Shown here piece by piece: positions 31,802 through 45,869 of a stretch of DNA of 64,000 nucleotides (positions are counted from its first letter, which is position 1; each line of letters starts with the position of its first letter). The DNA comes from Eledone cirrhosa (lineage: Eukaryota). Position numbers and translations under genes: made by a program. The DNA is taken from the NCBI GenBank assembly GCA_964016885.1, contig OZ024754.1:1674001-1738000 (forward strand). Direction: 5' to 3'. Under the pieces are notes generated by a model. It saw only the letters and a list, made by a program, of their open reading frames with translations, made no database searches and was not told the origin of the DNA.

Positions 31802-32659
31802 TTACTCTCTCTCTCTGTCTGACACTCCAACTATATATGTGTGCGCGTGTACGTCTGTGTATGTAAGTTTGTGTGTGTGTCTGTCTGTGTGTCTGTGTAT
31901 GAGAGTTTGTGTGTGTGTGTCTGTCTGTGTATGTGAGTTTGTGTGTGTGTGTCTGTCTGTGAGTCTGTGAGTCTGTGTATGTGAGTTTGTGTGTGAGTGC
32001 ATGTGTGTGTCTGTGTATGTGAGTTTGTGTATGTGTGTCTGTCTGTGTGCATGTGTGTGTCTCTGTATGTGAGTTTGTGTGTGTGTGTCTGTGTATGTGA
32101 GTTTGTGTGTGTGTGTGTGTCTGTGTGCATGTGTGTGTCGTGTGTCTATGTGTGTATCTGTGTGTGTGTGTGTCAGTCTGTGTGTGTGTGTGGGTGTCTG
32201 TGAGTTTGTGTGTGTCTGTGTGTTTGCATATGTGTGTGTGCATATGTGTATGCATGTGTGTGAGTCTCTGTGTGTAGTGTGTGTGTGTTTGTGTATGTGT
32301 GTATGTGCCTGTCTGTGTTTATTTGTGTATGTGTGCGTCTGTGTCTATGTATGTGTATGTTGGTGTCTGTCCGTGAGTGTGACTGTGTCTCTGAGTGTGT
32401 CTGTATTTGTCTGTGTGTGTATACATCTGTCTGTGTCTGTATATGTGCGTGTGTGTCTGTGTCTGTATATGTACGTGTGTGTATGTGTGTGTGTGTGTGT
32501 CTGTGTCTGTATATGTGTGTGTGTGTGTGTCCGTTTACAGGTTTACATATCTATCTATCTATCTATCTATCTATAGTTTCTATATATCTAACTAATACAA
32601 TATAACTCGCAATAACGTTGACACTGTCATTTCTTAAGACTGTCTGCCACTGTATATCT

Positions 32660-33220
32660 ATTACAAATTTAATGTTTCACACACTCTAACTTCTTTATAC
32701 CTAACAAACACATTATAGAAATATTCTTTCTCACAACTTACAGCTTTATTAAACTGCTTTCATTAAACCCTCTCACATATTATAGTTTTATTCTTTATTC
32801 ACATGTTTATCACCTTCAGATTGTATAAAACTCACACACTAGAAGCTATGTTGGTATAGCTTCATCGTCGTTTCATTATAAATTCTCACGCAATATAAAC
32901 ATACACTTACAGCTTTATCAATTAATGTTTTCATTAAACTCTTTCACAAATTATGACTATAATTTTACAGCGTTAATACTGTTTTTTTTTCCCATTAAAC
33001 TAATTCCAATATTATAGCTACATTCTTACCGCTTTAATACTCTGATTTTATTAAAACCACTCAAATATTATTCCTATATTATTACATTCTTAACACTGTG
33101 CTTTCATTAAAACATTCAAACATTATAGCTGTAATCTTTAACATTTACAAAATCACTGGTTTATTTATAGTACACTATAGCTATGTATTATTTTCACACT
33201 ACATAAGCGTTTATCACAGT
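32660..33220. repeat. Old degenerate tandem repeat of about 55-60 bp
   Basis: Recurring tttcattaaa(c)...attatagcta...cttacagcttta blocks. Confidence 0.6.
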
Positions 33221-35081
33221 TTATTCTTCGCTGACACAAAATAGGTATATTATTACATAAGTTAATCTAGTTATTCCATAGTTACTTTGTAAATACTAAC
33301 AGCAGCAACTGTAGCTAGATTTTTACAAATAGCTTTACCTCTCAAACACTTTATCTCGTTTATATACTCTACGTCGGCGCCATTGGTTTATTCTTACTCA
33401 CTTCTTTCTACCTTATATTAGCTATACAAATCAAAGATGGCGACTTGACAGTTTTACAGAAGACACTAGAAATGGCTGCTAAATTCCATTCAACTCATTC
33501 ACACGAGAGAGACGAAGGTGGTGTCTACTGCAACAAGGTAAGTTAATTTATCCAACACACTGTTACACAATCCTTGCCCTCATATAAAGGCAGTGAATTA
33601 GGAGAAAGTTTAACAGTGTCGGAAAAAATCCCTTGTGTTATTTGTTTCGGCTCTATGGACTTTAAATCCAAGGGTTGTTGTAACTGACTTTCAAGGGCTG
33701 TGGATAGAACCTTTTGCAGTATTCCTTTTGGTACTCTGTACCCTAAGTTGAAATAAATAGAGGTTAGTTTTGATTTCATCCTTTCAATATCGAAACTTTA
33801 AACGTACAAGCCCAATACTGTGATCCATTATTCCTCTATCACTCGCTCTAACTTTCTATAGGTGTTTTCTAACTTGGAGATATTTAAAACATTTAAAAAC
33901 TGCCTAAAATATACAGTATTGCACGACGAATCTTCCATTCTAAGTTTTCATTATGAGACTGGTGTATTTCTATCATTTGGCATTATCACAAACACAGCAT
34001 GATAACACTCGGCATCCCAGGGTACTATTAACAATCTTGATGGCCACGACTGGACTACTTTAAATCATACCATTTGTTTGTTTACGGCCTATTGGGAGGT
34101 AAAGGAAAGCCTAAAATTTAGGCTTTCCTTTACCTCATAATGTGACATGTGATGTTAATTTCAGTGACATAAGCGACTTCTTAAACATTAGGTCAGTATG
34201 TTCTATTCTTCCTGAATAAATACATGCATTACCCCAATGCAGACATGCAGCAGGAGATTTTGACGCAGCTGCATATCTCATGCAATGTCCGCTCTTTCAT
34301 GCATTTATTTTCTTAGCACATCCCTTACCTCCATGAACATAGCAAGGGAATAATTACAAATTCAGCTCTCTGGACTCAGAAGACTTTCATGTTTTTAACA
34401 TTTACAACAAAGAATCCTTAAAACGAATGAATAATTAGAGAAAATGAATAGGAAATTTTTTTAAAAGAAAACTAAATGTATAATAAATATTGAAAAAAAT
34501 ATTTAGTTAACATCAGTGCCTGAAGAGTTGATTGTGGTGGCGAGGAATGGACGGTAAGGTTTAATTAATAAATGATCTTTCACGCTTTTGGCATAATCTC
34601 ACCACTATAACCACCATCATCATCAACCCCCATCCTCACTAATAATAAAACCACCACCACCACCATCACCAACAGCAGCAGCATCACCACCACCACCATC
34701 CACAAACACCACCGTCACGACCACCATCACCAGAAAAACAACAGCGCCACAAAAAAACCCCACGCCCCAACAAAAACAACATAACCGCCATCAACACCGG
34801 CACCACCACCACCACCTCTAACAGCAACAAAATAACCATCAACACAATCACCACCACCACCACCACCAACAGCAACAACAACAATATCACCACAACCACC
34901 ACCATCACCAAAAACACCACCATGAACATCATCAACACCAACTCCACCTCCAGAACCACAACCATCACCACCACCACAGTCAAGTCCAACATAATCATCA
35001 TCAACACAACGACCAGCCAACAAAACCACCGCCAATATAATCATGATTAAACCAAAGATACATACCACCAAGAGCACCACC

Positions 35082-35198
35082 ATATAGAAATGGCTTCTAC
35101 TGGACTAGAACTGTTTCATTCAAAAGAAATCGTCAGAGCTTTCCTGATGATTTCTTTTGAATGAGACAGTTCTAGTCCGGTAGAAAATATTTCTATAT
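35082..35198. mobile_element. Small palindromic pLTR-like element with two outward-facing degenerate HHR cores
   Basis: Arms of about 55 bp around agctttc; minus arm CUGACGA-U-UUC(UUUU)GAA-U-GAAAC...GUC; plus arm CUGAUGA...GAGAC...GUC; related single arm at 41551-41605. Confidence 0.6.
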
Positions 35199-36087
35199 AA
35201 AACTTGATATACTGTATATATATATATATATACCAACACAAGAACAAGAATGATGAGTCATTCTACTAACATGGCTTTAAAGAGGCTGTTTGCATAATTG
35301 TAAACGAATCGAATTCAAATCCCGCTGAGGTTGTAAGTACCAGTAATGCATTGGGTAATTGCTGGCCTTGTGCCTAAAGTAGAAACAATTATTAATATTC
35401 GAAAAACTCAGATTACATTTAGCCATGTAGAGCGATAAATTATTTGTTCTATATATATATATATATAGTTGTAGGTATAGGTGTGTGGATATGCGTGTTT
35501 AGAATGGGGGTGTAGTTAGATAAAGAGATTGTCATATCAATATATAGGTAGAGACTTAATTAGATAGACAGTTACGCTGATTGAAAGGTGTCTAGAGATT
35601 AGTGGAAGCACATTTATAGTTTAATCAATGCTATTGTTTGTTAGACTGACATATGAACAAATACGCTCTCTATAGAATCTCACAAATTTTCTTCTTAAAT
35701 TCGTAACCAATAAATCATTATTTCTGGGAGTTTCCTTGATATCTGCAGCTTAAGCAACATATATAACACTCCATTATATATCTATTAATGTTCAATAATT
35801 GGTTTCGTCTTGATAAGGCCGCCTGCTTTATTAGTGTCATCTTTCTCAGACTATCTCTTTAGGTGTGTGCTCATGAAACAATAATTCTTGTAAGGATATT
35901 CTACTGGCCTAATGTACTGGAGTTACATGTGAACAATACAATATACAGTATATCATATATATCATATACACCCTGGGAGTTGTTTCCTTCTGGTCCCTAT
36001 TTTGATAGTTTCAGATATAACATTTATGTATTAATATCTGTAGTTTGGATTTCAAGATTGAAATATTGTAACATATAGGGTGATAAT

Positions 36088-36344
36088 TGTGAAGGCGCAT
36101 GGCTTAGTGGTCAGAGCATTGGGCTTGCAATGGAAAGGTTGTGAGTTCAATTCTCAGACCGGGTCATGTGTTGTTTCCTTGAGCAAGACACTTTATTTCA
36201 CGTTGCGCCAGTTTACTCAGCTGTAGAAATGAGATGGTAGGACTGGGGTCCCTATCATTAAAATCACCCAAGACACCTCCAACGAGATATACCTTGGAGG
36301 AGGCCAGCTAAACCTGCCTAGGTGTGAGCTGTCACAACAACCAC
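36088..36344 (+). mobile_element. Full-length tRNA-headed SINE (second family) with 13-bp TSD
   Basis: A box TGGCTTAGTGG, B-box-like GAGTTCAATTC, central ccttgagcaagacactttatttcacg...ctcagctgtagaaatgag, CAA tail; TSD atagggtgataat at 36075-36087 and 36345-36357. Confidence 0.92.
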
Positions 36345-36399
36345 ATAGGGTGATAATGAAAACGTAGTGGTCCTTGTATGGCGAAAACAGACAAATATT

Positions 36400-36608
36400 G
36401 ATTTCTAGTATAAGCGCAAGGCCAGTTATTCGGGGGAGAGGAAAATCGATTAAATCGACCCCAGTACGTTACTGGTACTTTATTTTATTGATCCTGTAAG
36501 GATGAAAGGCAAAGTTAATCTCGGCGGGATTTGAACTCAGATCATAAAGGGGCGTAACTCTATGCTGCAAAGCATGGCGTCCGACCCTCTACCGATACTG
36601 CCTATCCA
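36400..36608 (-). mobile_element. SINE, dominant family
   Basis: Same diagnostic blocks. Confidence 0.9.
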
Positions 36609-36690
36609 TGATGATGATGATGATCAGAACTATAAGTGAGGATTACATTGATTATAATGATGGAGCGATGTGTATTGATTGAGGATGAAC

Positions 36691-36725
<35 letters not shown>

Positions 36726-37067
36726 AGAGGGAGGGAGAGAGAAGGAGAGAGAGAGAGAGAAAGTGAGAGAGAGAGAGAGAGAAGTAGAGGGAGGGAGAGA
36801 GAAGGAGAGAGAGAGAGAGAGTGAGAATGTTCGTGGAAGTGCGAGAGAGAGAAAAAACAGAAATTGTGCGTGTGTGAGAGAGAGAGAGAGAGATTGGAGA
36901 ATGGGCGGGGAATTAAATAAAGAAATAATTAATTAATGTTAGCAGCGCCATCTGTGAAAAAATGTTACGAGGATAATGAGGTGGATTATTAAAGAAAACA
37001 ATAAGACCCAAACCACCACCACAACAACAACAACATAACACTAGCAGTAATGGTAATCCTTCGGTGA

Positions 37068-37490
37068 TAATGATACTACCACCAACACTACTATAATGAT
37101 ACTACCACCAATACCACTACTATAGTGATACTACCACCAACACTACTATAATGATACTACCACCAAGACTACTATAGTGATACTACCACCAAGACTACTA
37201 TAGTGATACTACCACCAACACTACTACTATAATGATACTACCACCAATACCACTACTATAGTGATACTACCACCAACACTACTATAGTGATACTACCACG
37301 AACACTACTACTATAGTGATACTACCACCAATACCACTACTATAGTGATACTACCACCAACACTACTATAATGATACTACCACCAACACTACGACTATAA
37401 TGATACTACCACCAACACTACGACTATACTGATACTACCACCAATACCACTACTATAGTGATACTACCATCAATACCACTACCACTACTA
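37068..37490. repeat. 24-27 bp minisatellite (gatactaccaccaacactactata[a/g]t)
   Basis: About 16 copies. Confidence 0.93.
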
Positions 37491-38228
37491 TTACAATCGT
37501 TTGTATTGCTTGCTGAGTTGGTTATCTTGATGGTAAGGAGCGAATTCACAGTAATGATGGTAAATTCTAAGGCCCCTACAACCAAAATATACTACCACAA
37601 CAGCAACAACAACAATAAATACAATTGGTTTTGATTTAGGCAACAGGATAACAATTTTGAGGAGAGGAAAGTTGATTAAAATGACCCAGTGCATTACTGG
37701 TACTTTATTTTCAGCGATTGAGAACTCTGGTGCCATGACCCTCTCACCAATGTTTGAGGGAAGATGGAGAGTATATCTCGGATTTCATTCAATAGCAAAG
37801 GTTATTTAAAGGGAAATACGAGAATTTAAGGAATAAACAAAACTACTAAACCCAAGAATCTAAGAAAAAATTGTGGATTCATTGAAATATATAGTTCTAC
37901 ATAGCATGCCTAAAAACTGGGATGGTCACGATTGGAACACCTTTGATCATAAATCGTTTCACTCAAATCTATGACAAAACAACTTCACGGCTGCAATTGT
38001 GGCTAAAAATATTTATAACATGGTTACTAACCGCTATTTTATTGAAGAAGTTGTTTTCACGCCATGATGTACTTAAATAATTTTACTAGGACCAACTTTG
38101 AGAACGATTGAATTAATTCTGGCGGCTTCTACTAACTTTATATCATTTGTTGTTTAAGGCTATTGTCCTTCGTTTAATAAAGCCAAAGGAATTGGAAAAG
38201 AAGCACCCGACAAAAATCATTTAAAATA

Positions 38229-38287
<59 letters not shown>

Positions 38288-38340
38288 ATGTATATTTATA
38301 TATATATGTGTGTGTATGTATATATATATGTGTGTATGTA

Positions 38341-38372
<32 letters not shown>

Positions 38373-38493
38373 ATGTGTGTGTGTATATGTATATTTATAT
38401 ATATATATAATGTGTGTGTGTATATGTATATTTATATATATATATAATGTGTGTGTGTATGAATATTTATATATATATATATATATGTGTGTG

Positions 38494-38544
<51 letters not shown>

Positions 38545-38732
38545 ATGTATGTATATATATATATATATATATTTATTAAAATAACAGATTAAAGTTTAAG
38601 CAAAGAATCGCTGCTTTCACCCTTAACGGGATCTTCTGAAACTAACAAAGTCAATCTGTAAACGCATATATATATATATATATATATATATCTTTATAAA
38701 ATGTATATATCTTTATAAAATGTATATATCTT

Positions 38733-38789
<57 letters not shown>

Positions 38790-39074
38790 ATTTATATATA
38801 TATATATATATTGTATGTGTGTGTGTGGAAAAAGAAAGTTATTTTCTTCCAATTTATTTTAAGACACGAAACTATTTTTTCCGTATCTATTTTGTTTTCC
38901 CATTACTTGATATTCACCTTATTCATATTTATTTCGTATGGTTCACCCGACACCACACAACAACAACAATAACAACATCAACATCAACAACAACACCACC
39001 AATAACAACAATAATAATAATGAAAATGATGAAGATTAAAAAATATTTAGTTTTTTTCTCTTTCAATAATAATA

Positions 39075-39130
<56 letters not shown>

Positions 39131-39337
39131 CATTTTATATATATATATATATATATACATACATTTTATAAATATATATATATATATGTATGTAATACAT
39201 ATCTCTAGTTTTTTTTCCATTTCTTGCGAGATTCTTTTCTGCAACAAAACTTTGATTTCTCCGTCACATGTTTTACTTTGGTTAGTACCATTATACATAC
39301 ATATATATATATATATAGTCTTAACATTTATTATTAT

Positions 39338-39375
<38 letters not shown>

Positions 39376-39540
39376 TCACATTTATATATATATATATATC
39401 TTCACATTTATATATATAAATATATATATATAGTCTTAACATTTATTATTATTACTATATATATATATATATATATATATCTTCACATTTATATATATAT
39501 ATATATATCTTCACATTTATATATATAAATATATCTTCAC

Positions 39541-39605
<65 letters not shown>

Positions 39606-39610
39606 CTTAC

Positions 39611-39655
39611 TTTGTTGAGGTTTCTTTCCCATCTTTCTTAAGCTACAGTTAGGAT
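39611..39655 (-). CDS. Candidate 45-nt exon of an unidentified gene
   Basis: Polypyrimidine acceptor ttttatctttattttctcgtgatag, canonical GTAAGT donor, length divisible by 3, open phase-1 frame xPNCSLRKMGKKPQQ; may instead be UTR or lncRNA. Confidence 0.35.
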
Positions 39656-39920
39656 CTATCACGAGAAAATAAAGATAAAACGCTGAAAAAATACTAATAA
39701 ACTGAGATATATAAGCAGGCTCACTCATATACACAGCATATATATATATATATATATAGGCACAGACATATATATATATATTCGAGTCTACATATATGTG
39801 TATACATGTATGTATATATATTATATATATATATATATATACATACATATATATATATATGTACATATATATATGCACATATACATATGTGTTTATATAA
39901 AGATATACGTATACATACAT

Positions 39921-39972
<52 letters not shown>

Positions 39973-40386
39973 TGTTTTTGTTGTTGGTGCCATCCATGAA
40001 AATATAGTCCAAGTCTAGAATATACACACAGGAAAGATGTATATATATCTCGTGCAATTTGTAATCACTCTCAATGCTTCTCTCTGACAGACGATATTCC
40101 AAACCAATTTTTGAATAAGTAGCAAAACATAGGCGCATGTTAGTGTAGGAATATTCCAGTTTCTTTCCTCTCGTTCATTCCTTATCCTCAACACTCTTTC
40201 ATTCTGACTTTCCTTCTATTATGTAACTTCTCTTTCGTCCCCCCCCTCTCTCTCTCTCTCTCTCCCTCTCTCTCACTCTTCTCAATTCTTTCCTTCTATT
40301 ATGTAACTTCTCTTTCGTCTCTCTCTCTTTCTCTCCCTCTCGCTCACTCTTCTCAATTCTTTCCTTCTATTATGTAACTTCTCTTT

Positions 40387-40429
<43 letters not shown>

Positions 40430-41111
40430 TCTCATCTCTTTCCTTCTATTCCATCCTTCTCTCTCACTCTTTTTCCTCCTATCTTTTCTTCTATTTTCTC
40501 TTTCTCTCTCTCATACTTTCACACTATTCCGTCTTTCTCTCTCTCTCACTCTTTCACCCTGTCTTTCCTTCTATCATATCTTTATCTCCCTCACTCTCTT
40601 CTCATCAATACTAATTGGCATTAGTTTTCATATCATTTCACTGACTGATATTTGATATGTGTAAAACACGTTTCTCCTTCACTCTAGTAATGAGGTATTG
40701 GTAAACTGGTACTAATCTTACCTACCACATAAGTAATAGTCAATCTTGCTATAGAAACCATCTACTTGATTCTACCAAACTGAAGTCCCACTTAATATCA
40801 GGTAACAATATCAATGACAGCAAGCAAAACATCTAATTTTTTGAATAATAGTCACCCTGTCGGGAAGATATTTGGAAATTACTCCATTACATGGCACGCA
40901 ACATATTATAGCTATCACATGAATGTATAATACATCTACACAGATAAACACACACTGAAACAAATGCTCGTATACATACACATATACATGCACACACACA
41001 CGTATATATATATATATATATATATGAGATAGATTACTCACTCTTTCTGACTCTCCCTCTATCTAGCTATATATATATATTTATATATATATATATATTT
41101 ATATTTATATT

Positions 41112-41150
<39 letters not shown>

Positions 41151-41157
41151 ATATATT

Positions 41158-41190
<33 letters not shown>

Positions 41191-41197
41191 ATATATT

Positions 41198-41230
<33 letters not shown>

Positions 41231-41235
41231 ATATT

Positions 41236-41384
<149 letters not shown>

Positions 41385-41443
41385 TTATATATATATATAT
41401 CTATATATATATTTATATATATATATATATCTATATACATATA

Positions 41444-41480
<37 letters not shown>

Positions 41481-42367
41481 ATATCTATATCTATATCTAT
41501 ATATATATATCTATATCTATATATATATATATATGTATATATATATTATTGAAATGGCTTCTACGAGACTAGAACAGTTTCATTCGTATAAAATCATGAG
41601 GAATGACTTTTAATAAATAATTATGTTTACATTCTACTAATGTATTGAGTACTTTTTTTAAAACCAATCATACGATTAATTATATAGAAAACCAACGGGT
41701 TAAAGGAGTCAATAAATATATGCAAGGACTTGATTAGTATTTTATCGAACTCAGTATTATGAAAGCAACGTAATTCTCCAAGGGATTTGAACTCAGATCT
41801 TACATTGCCGGAACAAATACTGCAAGGTATTTTCCCGACGATCAAACGACTCTCCGAAACATTGATAATAATGCTAAAAATACTAATATTAATAGTATAA
41901 AAAAAAAAACGACTACAGTATTTGCTAACATTAATGCACCGAGAAATCAAGTGAGTTTCCTCATCGTGTTTCGTAAAGAATGCGTCAAGAAATCTTTCAC
42001 ACACTTGGGAAGAATCTGGTAAGAAAAGAAAATCACAAACTGCGATGTTAGATTCGGCAGCCATCTTTGTGACATCATCTCGCTATCATTCGTCAATTAT
42101 ATAAAGCTAAGTTATGTTTTGTTTTAAATTGAAAGCCTTTCACATAAGGCGAGCTAATGAGACGACAATTTCCGTTCTGTTAGCGTTGCCTGCTTGTTGA
42201 GGAAATGAAAGTTCCTTTTAAAATCGGAGTCTCTAGGTACTTTTCTTCTTTTCTTGGCAGATATTACAGATTTTATAGTCTCCTTCACAGCTTTCCTTTT
42301 AGTATCTATCTATCTATCAATCTATCTATCAATGTATCTATCTATCTATCTATCTATCTATATCCAC

Positions 42368-42534
<167 letters not shown>

Positions 42535-43019
42535 CACTCATCGTTTTATGACTTGTCTCTCTCCATTGGGATTTTTTTGCCTTTTTGTTTTTTGTCTTTT
42601 CTCATTCTTTATTTGGTTCCATATGATTTTAATGCTTCACCCTTTCACCTTTTAAAATATCATCTTCATCTCATAGGCGCCTCATACACCATCAGTGTAG
42701 TTCCTACCCGCACTCTTCATACACGCCCAGTACGTAAAAACTCTACCCATCGTCCATCATCTCACGAATTCCACGATTATATTTTAAATAATAGACATAG
42801 ACAATTAGAAAATAGAAAAGCAAAAGCATGAAAAAACAATACATTAATGCATGTATGTTTATTTTGCTTTTCGTTGAAAATATAGCGTTACACATTACGT
42901 AAAAACATATATATATATATATGTGCATATACACACACGCACACATACATAGATATGTATGCGTATATATATATATTTGCATATTTATGTATATATAAGA
43001 ATATACATATATATGTATG

Positions 43020-43072
<53 letters not shown>

Positions 43073-43075
<3 letters not shown>

Positions 43076-43253
43076 TAATGGTAGCTAAGATGCTTCCATA
43101 GGCGGTATGCTGATTGAGCACTCTATGCCCATTCTATATATATATACACTTCTATCTAAATATATATATACCCTATACAGCTCCGTGTTTCTTTAATCAC
43201 CGGCTCGGAGCTGTATAGGGTATATATATATACTTAGATAAAAGTGTATATAT
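43073..43253. mobile_element. Small palindromic element with one-sided extension next to (TA)n
   Basis: Arms 43140-43185 / 43206-43253; loop region reads CCGGUGA-UUAAA-GAAAC on the minus strand (degenerate HHR-like). Confidence 0.5.
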
Positions 43254-43590
43254 TTGTAACTACATTGGTTACAAAATCTAAAATATATAAAAACCTTTTT
43301 GGGTATATACGTAAATCTATATAGTATATAAGTTTTCATATATTCTTCGCCAGGTGAACAATAATCTAATATTTCTTAAATTAGATATACCTGAAAATAC
43401 CTGAGATATATTATATATGAATTATAGATATTCCGTTGACATTTATGAAGACATTAAAATGAATTAATATTAACGTAATATAATAGAAAATGTTGTTTTA
43501 TGGAATAAACCAATATTTTATCTCTGCTGCAACACACACACACACACTCACACGTATATCACATACTACACACCCAGACATATATACACG

Positions 43591-43668
<78 letters not shown>

Positions 43669-43680
43669 GTAATAATAATA

Positions 43681-43971
43681 AATTTGAAACAAAAATCCAA
43701 AGAGGGCTCGATAAGGATAAATATATATCAAATATATAAGAACCGTAGAGCAAATATTTATTAAAATAACAGATTAAAGTTTAAGCAAAGAATCGCTGCT
43801 TTCACCCTTAACGGGATCTTCTGAAACTAACAAAGTCAATCTGTGAACGCATAAGTGAATATTTCTAAAAACGTTGCAACCGGAGGAAGACAGGAAGACG
43901 ATACTTTGGTTCGTGGAAACGTTTCTCAGCGATTCTTTCCTTAAACTTTAATCTGTTATTTTAATAAATAT
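43681..43971. mobile_element. Inverted-repeat pLTR-like element with one-sided tail
   Basis: 45-bp inverted ends 43754-43798 / 43927-43971; tail 43681-43753 recurs at 3061-3146; left arm recurs at 38570-38666; minus-strand CAGAAGA-U-CCC(GUUAA)GGG-U-GAAAG. Confidence 0.65.
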
Positions 43972-44591
43972 ATAAGAAAAAAATTTTTTTAAAAAAATTT
44001 TTTTAAAAAAATATTTTCTTATTTTACGTCCTTTATATTATTGTTCTGCATTCTCCTGCATTGAACCACCTAGGTACTATGACATAACCTGTGTATTTGC
44101 TGGCATGGGCGTGCATCTGTACGCTTATGTTAGTTGATATATTAAATTATCTATATTTATCTCCAAATCACTGATTTGTCGAGCAAACTTGTCAAAACCA
44201 CTTCTAAAAAAATTTTTTTTTGGGGTGTTAGTAGGCGTCAGTCATCTTACCATCCCATTCCTTCTAACTAGCCTCTGTGTCACGTGATTGATTCTTTAGA
44301 ATCGGCCATTTGACTTGAAGCAGTGAGAATTTCGGTACATAGAATCCAGTCCTCGCAAGCTGTTCGATCTACCGAATTATTATTATTTTTATATGAGCCG
44401 CCAGTGTCCGCGCATTGCCTGGAGACTTAACTGAGAATAGACTTCCTGATGACGCAATGAATTCTCGACAGTTGGATTACATAACTGTCTTTATCCCATT
44501 GCAGAAACTAATTAGTTGGAGTGAAAATTTAAGTAAGAAAAAAATTTTTTTTAAAAAATTTTTTTAAAAATATATTTTCTTATTTTACGTC

Positions 44592-44632
<41 letters not shown>

Positions 44633-44793
44633 TAATGAACAAAAGAGACGGTTTTATTTGCATAACATGTATATATATGCTATATATATATACATATAAT
44701 ATATATATATATATACATACATATATATATGTATGTATATATATATTATATACATACACATATATATATATATGTATATATATTATAAATATA

Positions 44794-44861
<68 letters not shown>

Positions 44862-45017
44862 TTGTTTATGGAAACATGAGTATAAGGTACTCAATATATA
44901 ATGTTGAGGTAAATATAATAAATACAAAATATCTGCTCCTATATAAATAAAGAATACTAACATTGAGTGCGTCATTAATGGTAGTCTACAATAACAGTCA
45001 AACAACTGGTAAATTAT

Positions 45018-45100
<83 letters not shown>

Positions 45101-45869
45101 TTGTGTAATATCAAGTCATTGAACGACGCCCAGCTGTAAACTTGAAAGCTACTACTTGTACTAACTATCTCAACAGTACATAATCTTTCTTGAATAATAT
45201 TTATAGAAACATCAAACATCATTCTCCCCAACTCATCATTTAGTTCCTGTGAACTACCTACCTTTACATCCCTTCTCCTAGACTCCCCACCTTTTTTTCT
45301 CTCATCACCTCTACTATTTATCATTCCTATAAGATCACAGAAGGGGGCTAACTGGCAGATTTTTAAGGGCCTCAGATTAAAGATGTTTTGGTATTTGTTT
45401 TGGGACTCTGTGTTCTGTGTTTAATCACGTAAAGGTCAAATTTGGCTTTCATCCTTTCTATGTCGATAAATAATGTACCAGCCTACTACAAGCATCGTAT
45501 CTTCTTTTATATCAGCATTTTTCTCTCCTGGGAGAAACATGGCTGTATTCATACATTAGGATAGATGAACCTCACCAGCTTTAAAATGCCTACGCCTCCA
45601 CGGGTGTCAATACAGGGCTCGCTACAATTCCATCAGAAGATTATGGTTCCACTGTTAATAATAGATCGAAGAATGAAGTGATCTTTTCCGAAATTTCCAC
45701 CGCAGAAGAACATCAACCAAGTTTAAGCATAGAAAACATTTACAGGATATGCTCTTCCTTCGCCTTTCTCATAAACATCTGGCCAAATCGAAAACAAAAA
45801 CAACTGTCAGATGAGTTGCATGGTTTACAATAACACTAATAGTTGCAGTCACATCAACTCTATTAAGAA

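Noticed and set aside
33434-33543. Apparent first exon MAAKFHSTHSHERDEGGVYCNK with GTAAGT donor
   Set aside because: ctagaaatggctgctaaattcc resembles the dispersed repeat seen at about 54427 and 59427 and lies among SINE relics; not supportable as CDS, though exonisation is not excluded
36092-36165. tRNA gene
   Set aside because: A/B boxes are present but there is no cloverleaf; it is the head of a TSD-flanked SINE
42677-42729. Possible plus-strand exon GASYTISVVPTRTLHTRP (FN3-like)
   Set aside because: Short resemblance only, weak splice context and no partner exons
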